From: Lobosporangium transversale
Taxonomy: Eukaryota
Direction of reading: 5' to 3'
Assembly: GCF_002105155.1 (NCBI RefSeq)
Contig: NW_019028992.1
Span: 1-64,000, forward strand
DNA length: 64,000 nt
In this document: positions 59,201 through 64,000 of the stretch, one piece after another
Layout: every line of letters begins with the position of its first letter
How positions within the stretch are numbered: position 1 is the first letter of the stretch
Position numbers and translations under genes: made by a program
Notes under the pieces: model-generated
Database searches by the model: none
The model's input: the letters and a program-made list of their open reading frames with translations, nothing else
What the model was told of the DNA's origin: nothing

Positions 59201-60324
59201 CTAGTCAAAAGGTAATCGCCTTGCTCCGCTTGAAGAGAGTCCAGAAATAGTTCTATCACCCGATGCACCACTATTGCCCGCGGCCGCTGCTGCAGCAATC
59301 GCGCTTGGAATCTTCATTCCACAACAAGTTGGAAACTCCTGGCCGAACGCATGCACATGTGTATGACCCTCCACGCCAGCTTCTTCCTCGTCCTCTTCCA
59401 AGATCCGACTGTCACTCGTACCTTTGAATGGGAGCAACGACCCAAACATGAAATGCTGCATGATCGGAAGCTTGCCAAACACCTCTGCTTTGTACATCTT
59501 GATCATACCCGAGTTGACTTTATCCCAGGTCTTGACTGCACTGATGTCATCTAGCATAGGTGAATGCCACCTCAACGATGCAGACTTGACCTAAAATGCG
59601 AAAAAATCATAAATCACAAAAAAGGTAGACGTTATATATACGATGTAAGCAGTTGTATTATCGCTTACTTAGTATAGTAGACAAGCTGACATGTGAACCC
59701 AAAAAAAAATGGTTTTCAGTAATAATGGAGAGAGATACATACCGAGTTGATAAATTTGACGCAGGAAAGGTACATGTAGTCTTTGGAAAATTCGGACACA
59801 ATGTCGTCGTCGTGAATTGACTTTGGTTTGATATATTTGTGGCCCCGTAGTTGTGCTGCCCCAAAAAGAAAAGGCAGAAAGTGGTAATCGTCCAGACCCC
59901 ACACTCCGTGGGATCCCGCTGGCTCAAGCCAGTATGTGAACTGTAGATTCCTCATAACCTCAATATACCTTTTATGTGAAAGAGAGATGAGGTAAATGAT
60001 AGGTATTCATTTCTAATATGCAACGCAAGAAAGAGCGATAAAAAAAAAAAAAAAAAAAAAAAAAAACTTACTTGAAAAACACTTTGATTACCACTGCCTT
60101 GTAGTCCTCTTGTTTGATTAGACCCAATTTGTGAAAACAATAGAGCCATGCTAAAAAGTTGGCTTCATGTCCTGTTCCATAGTCAATTCTCTTGCGATTG
60201 CCCCAGCACTCAACAAAGTACTTGGTCACTTCAGGTACTGCCTCCGTGGGCTGCACCAGTTTCTCCATCCATTCTGGCGCAGACTTGAAGAAACAAACGA
60301 TGTCAACAACGGTGAAAAAAAAAA

Positions 60325-60356
<32 letters not shown>

Positions 60357-61632
60357 AGAAAAAGAAAAAGGAGATTAAGCATATTTATCCATTTTTTTTT
60401 AATAAAAAAAAAAAAAAAAAAAAAAAAGCCATCATCGACAACAGTTTATCACCACCCACCAAACCAACTTGATCGTAAAACTTTCGGAAAGCAGGGTTGC
60501 CAAACCGACTCTCATGTCCAGACTCGGGTGGATATTCTTCTGCAACATCATTTACCAAATCCAGTGTTTCCAGCATCCCTTTAACCACCTAAAACGCGTC
60601 ATAAAAAAAATTAAATACTCGATAGACTATGAGGTGAAATAGCCTTTGCTGTCAAAGAGACATCTGCTTGTTTACTCTTCATATAAAGAGGTATGGTCGT
60701 ACCTCGCTTTCATAGCATTCGGCAGTGCTCACAACCCCTATTATGCTTTCATTCAAGGCTTCCAAGAATTCAAACAGACTAGCGTAGCTGGCGGACACAT
60801 GGAAAAGTTCGAGATCATCTTTAGTCAAAATCTCTTTCCGTGGCACTGCAAAAGCGTCATGGTTCTCATTCATCCTCCCAGATTGCTCAGGCTTCTGGCT
60901 CGGATTTGTGCTTATATGACTGGTAGAACCAGTCTGGGTGGCTGTAGTACTATCATCAACTATAGTGTTTGTTAAACCAAAGGGGGGCTGTTCCATTTCC
61001 TGGTCTTGATTCTGGTCTTGTTCCTGGTCTTGGTCCTGGTCCTGGTCCTGATATTGATCTTGATCTTCGCCTGCGTTCGAGGATGTGGACGAATATGTAC
61101 TTCCCATCTTAAGTGATGCATGAGAAAGGGTTGGTGATGGCGGCTCTGCTATGATGGATGATGGTGGAGAAGGCACTACTGAAGGGACATCTAAGCCCCT
61201 AGCATAGTGTCCACTAATGCTGTAAGGCTTTGAAGAAAGATACGATGGATTCGAAGCTGTGGTCGATCCCAGTGTCAGGTTTTGAATGGTAGGAATATCA
61301 GGGGCAGGTACTTCAACAAGTGTTGGTGTAAGTTGGTGAAGCTCTTCAAGGTCTGTATCGTGGCTCGCAGGAGCAGAAGCGGAGGTCGGCGTACGTGCAC
61401 CAGAGTCCTGAGTCTGATCTTTAGGGTTATGGTCAGTGGTATCTTTGCTGATTGCAATTGTCGATGTCCATTCCATAACCTGAGGTGCCTTGTCACTAAA
61501 GTCGATCGAATGTCTACCTGAGGACGGGATGCTAGGGTTGGTGGCGGGCGTTAAGAAGCTAGTCGCAGTAATTCCATGCGCATCATCTTCGGCGATAGTT
61601 GTGTGCTTGTCAGTATTAGATGATTCAGTCAT
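59201..61632 (-). CDS. RRD2: PP2A activator PTPA (Rrd2/Ypa2-like) with a long disordered N-terminus, multi-exon
   Basis: [42 protein letters not shown] and [17 protein letters not shown] motifs. Confidence 0.92.
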
Positions 61633-61804
61633 GACAATAAAATAACGAAGTGAGAGATGAATGAAGCATCAGATGAATGGAACAGGATTTTAGTTTGAGG
61701 GAGAAAAGCAAAAAAATGTGTCACGAGCAGCAATTTCTTCATTTGGGGGTTTTTTTTTTTTTTTTTTATTTCATGCAAAGATGTACATCACAAATATTAT
61801 TAGC

Positions 61805-63490
61805 CTAGCCATGGTTTATGCTTGGAGCTTGAACTGTCGTTCTTACGCCAACTGTATCCGGCATTGATGTTCCTTGTACCGTCATTTGAGACTCTTTTGC
61901 TTCCGTAGTGTTTTGATATAATGCGTATCTCAGATTTGAGGGAGCAGTTGCGGATGCCATCGTCTGATGCACTGGAGGCGACCCAATATGCATTCCTCCC
62001 AGTGTCTTGTTCAGTAAATGTGTTGGCGAAGCCAATGGCGGAGGTATCGATGCCAAACCTGCAGCTCCAGAGATGGCAGACATCCCGATAGTCCCAGGCC
62101 GCAGTGTAAGACTTCCCTGGTTCGTCTGCCGATTCGCCCGTATGATTTCAATCTCCGTCTGAAGTCTTTTGATCAAGTCTGCTTTCTTTCCTCCACCATG
62201 TTTTCCACGCTGGCGTAACATCTCCTTAAGCTCTGCTACCGTAACATCATCAAAATCAACTCGCTCCATTGCTGCATCCAGCTGTCGCTGTTGTTCTTCC
62301 GTCCGCGCCTGGGACGATGAATGCCGAGGAGCAATCCTTCCAATTTGAATTGGGGGCGCTGAGGACCCTGGTGTCGTAATAATCGAAGGACTTGGTAAAG
62401 GCACTGACTCATTTCCAGGGGTAACATTGGGCGGAAGAACGAACTTCTTTGCCTTTGCATCTAGACCTAGATTGGGTGGAATTAGAGACGATAGGGTCGG
62501 AGCAGTGGACCCTGACGTTTGCCCCAAAGTCGATGACTCGGAGGCTGATCTTCGCCGCTGCATTCCCAAAGCTGCTGCCGCTGCACGTCGTTGTGCAAGA
62601 GTAAGAGAAGGTGTCGTCTCCATGTCCTTGACGCCAGCGACGGAATTGAATCCAGGAGTAATGGGGTCCTTGCTTCCTGCTTCTACAGTGACACTCACTG
62701 TAGGAATATTTGGAATGGATATTTCGGCTGATACTGCTTTTGCTGTGGGCTTCTTCTTCTTGACAGACGCCGCGCTAGATGATGCAAGATTGCCAGGTGT
62801 TTGGTTGGCAGCAATTAATGTCGCTGTCAGTCCTTGTGAGAGATTTGAAGTCTCCGATTTTAGATCAAGGGAGGCACGGTTATTTTTTGATCCATTTTGT
62901 CCAAAGAGTGCCTTAATCCCTCCTTGAGATACTCTCGAGGTAGCAGTGGATGGTCTTGGTCTAGATTTGATCTTTGATGGCCCACCTGGAGAGGAAGCAG
63001 GTCCTGGTGATACTTGCCTCGATGAAAAGTAGTCATCACCAGCATAGTTTCCTGGAGAGAGTGGTGACTGCGCGGGCGAGTGACCCGTGGGGAATTGGCT
63101 CATTCCATGTAGATGGTGTGGGAAGTGCTGTTGGAGAGGGGTAGAGTAACCGAGTGGAGCAGGGCTTTGAGGAAGTTGTGTCTGTCTTGCTATTTCCAGT
63201 TGCAGTCGAAGCTGCTCCTGCTGCTGAAGCTGGTATAATCTATGCTGTTGCTGCTGTAGCTGAAGCTGTAGCTGTTGCTGTTGCTGACGCTGTTGCTCCT
63301 GTAATATTTGAAGCTGTAATTGTTGGTTATATTGCGTTTGCTGCCCTTGTTGCGATAATTGTTGATGCGATTGTGGTTGCTGTTGTTGCGGTTGCTGCAG
63401 CTGTCGATGATTTTGTTCTTTTTCTTGCTGTTGCTGCTGCAGCAGTTGTTGTTGTGATGATTGTTGTTGTGGTGATTGTTGCTGCTGTGA

Positions 63491-63521
<31 letters not shown>

Positions 63522-64000
63522 GGTTGTTGCTGTTGTTGCGGAGGCTGCTGATGGTTTTGGTGCAAAAGCAACGACGAAGAACCCGGTATTTCATATGAGA
63601 GCACTGTATTATGTTCTTGTCCCAGGCCATTCTGAATCTGCTGTAGTTGCTCCATTGTAATAGGGGTTTCGGGCGCTTCCGCAATATGGTCCATACTGAA
63701 AAATGAACTCCAGTCGCCTCCGTTAGCATCATTGAGACCATTGTGGAGAGCCATGCCAGTCATGCTCCCCAAAAGAGCGGGATCTGCATAAAGCGATAGC
63801 GTCGAAGGATCAAACTCAAAAGCCGCTTGCCCCGGTACATTAGAAGCTTGTCCTTGATCATAGTTCAAGCCATCACCATGTTGTTGGTGTTGATGCTGCT
63901 GCTGCTGCTGCTGCTGCTGTTGTTGTTGTTGTTGATGGCGTTGTTGTTGATGTTGTTGTAGCTGAGCTTGTTGTTCTTGGTGCTGCTGTTTTTGCTGATG
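61805..64000 (-). CDS. Q-rich SAP-domain protein, 5' end beyond the window
   Basis: VTVAELKEMLRQRGKHGGGKKADLIKRL is a SAP motif. The poly-Q frame appears to continue to the window edge. Confidence 0.85.

Overview
Eukaryotic, intron-containing DNA, inferred to be an early-diverging fungus (Mortierellaceae/Mucoromycota-like, judged from gene content, a Crinkler gene and very long poly-A/T intron tracts). The window has two compartments. About 1-39 kb is a dense stack of nested transposons: an intact Ty3/Gypsy chromovirus with a -1 frameshift and an extra antisense ORF, a truncated sister element, several Tc1 elements, hAT and MULE-like fragments, a PIF/Harbinger-superfamily (PHIS) element with an ATT TSD, a Crinkler-type NTPase-nuclease gene and a second PD-(D/E)xK nuclease gene. 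About 39.7-64 kb is an ordinary housekeeping block: lysyl-tRNA synthetase, F-box/LRR, SGNH hydrolase, carnitine acetyltransferase, secreted lipase, Mo25/Hym1, Got1, Hap5/NF-YC, PTPA/Rrd2 and a SAP-domain protein. The most striking structure is a 7.1-kb near-perfect palindrome (arms 19979-22929 and 24123-27073). Each arm holds a complete DD87E IS630-Tc1-mariner (Sailor-like) transposon, and the arms fold around a long-TIR DD39E Tc1. It resembles either a Tn10-like compound transposon or a Mu-killer-like hairpin silencing locus. All family assignments come from motif recognition by eye; no database searches were run.
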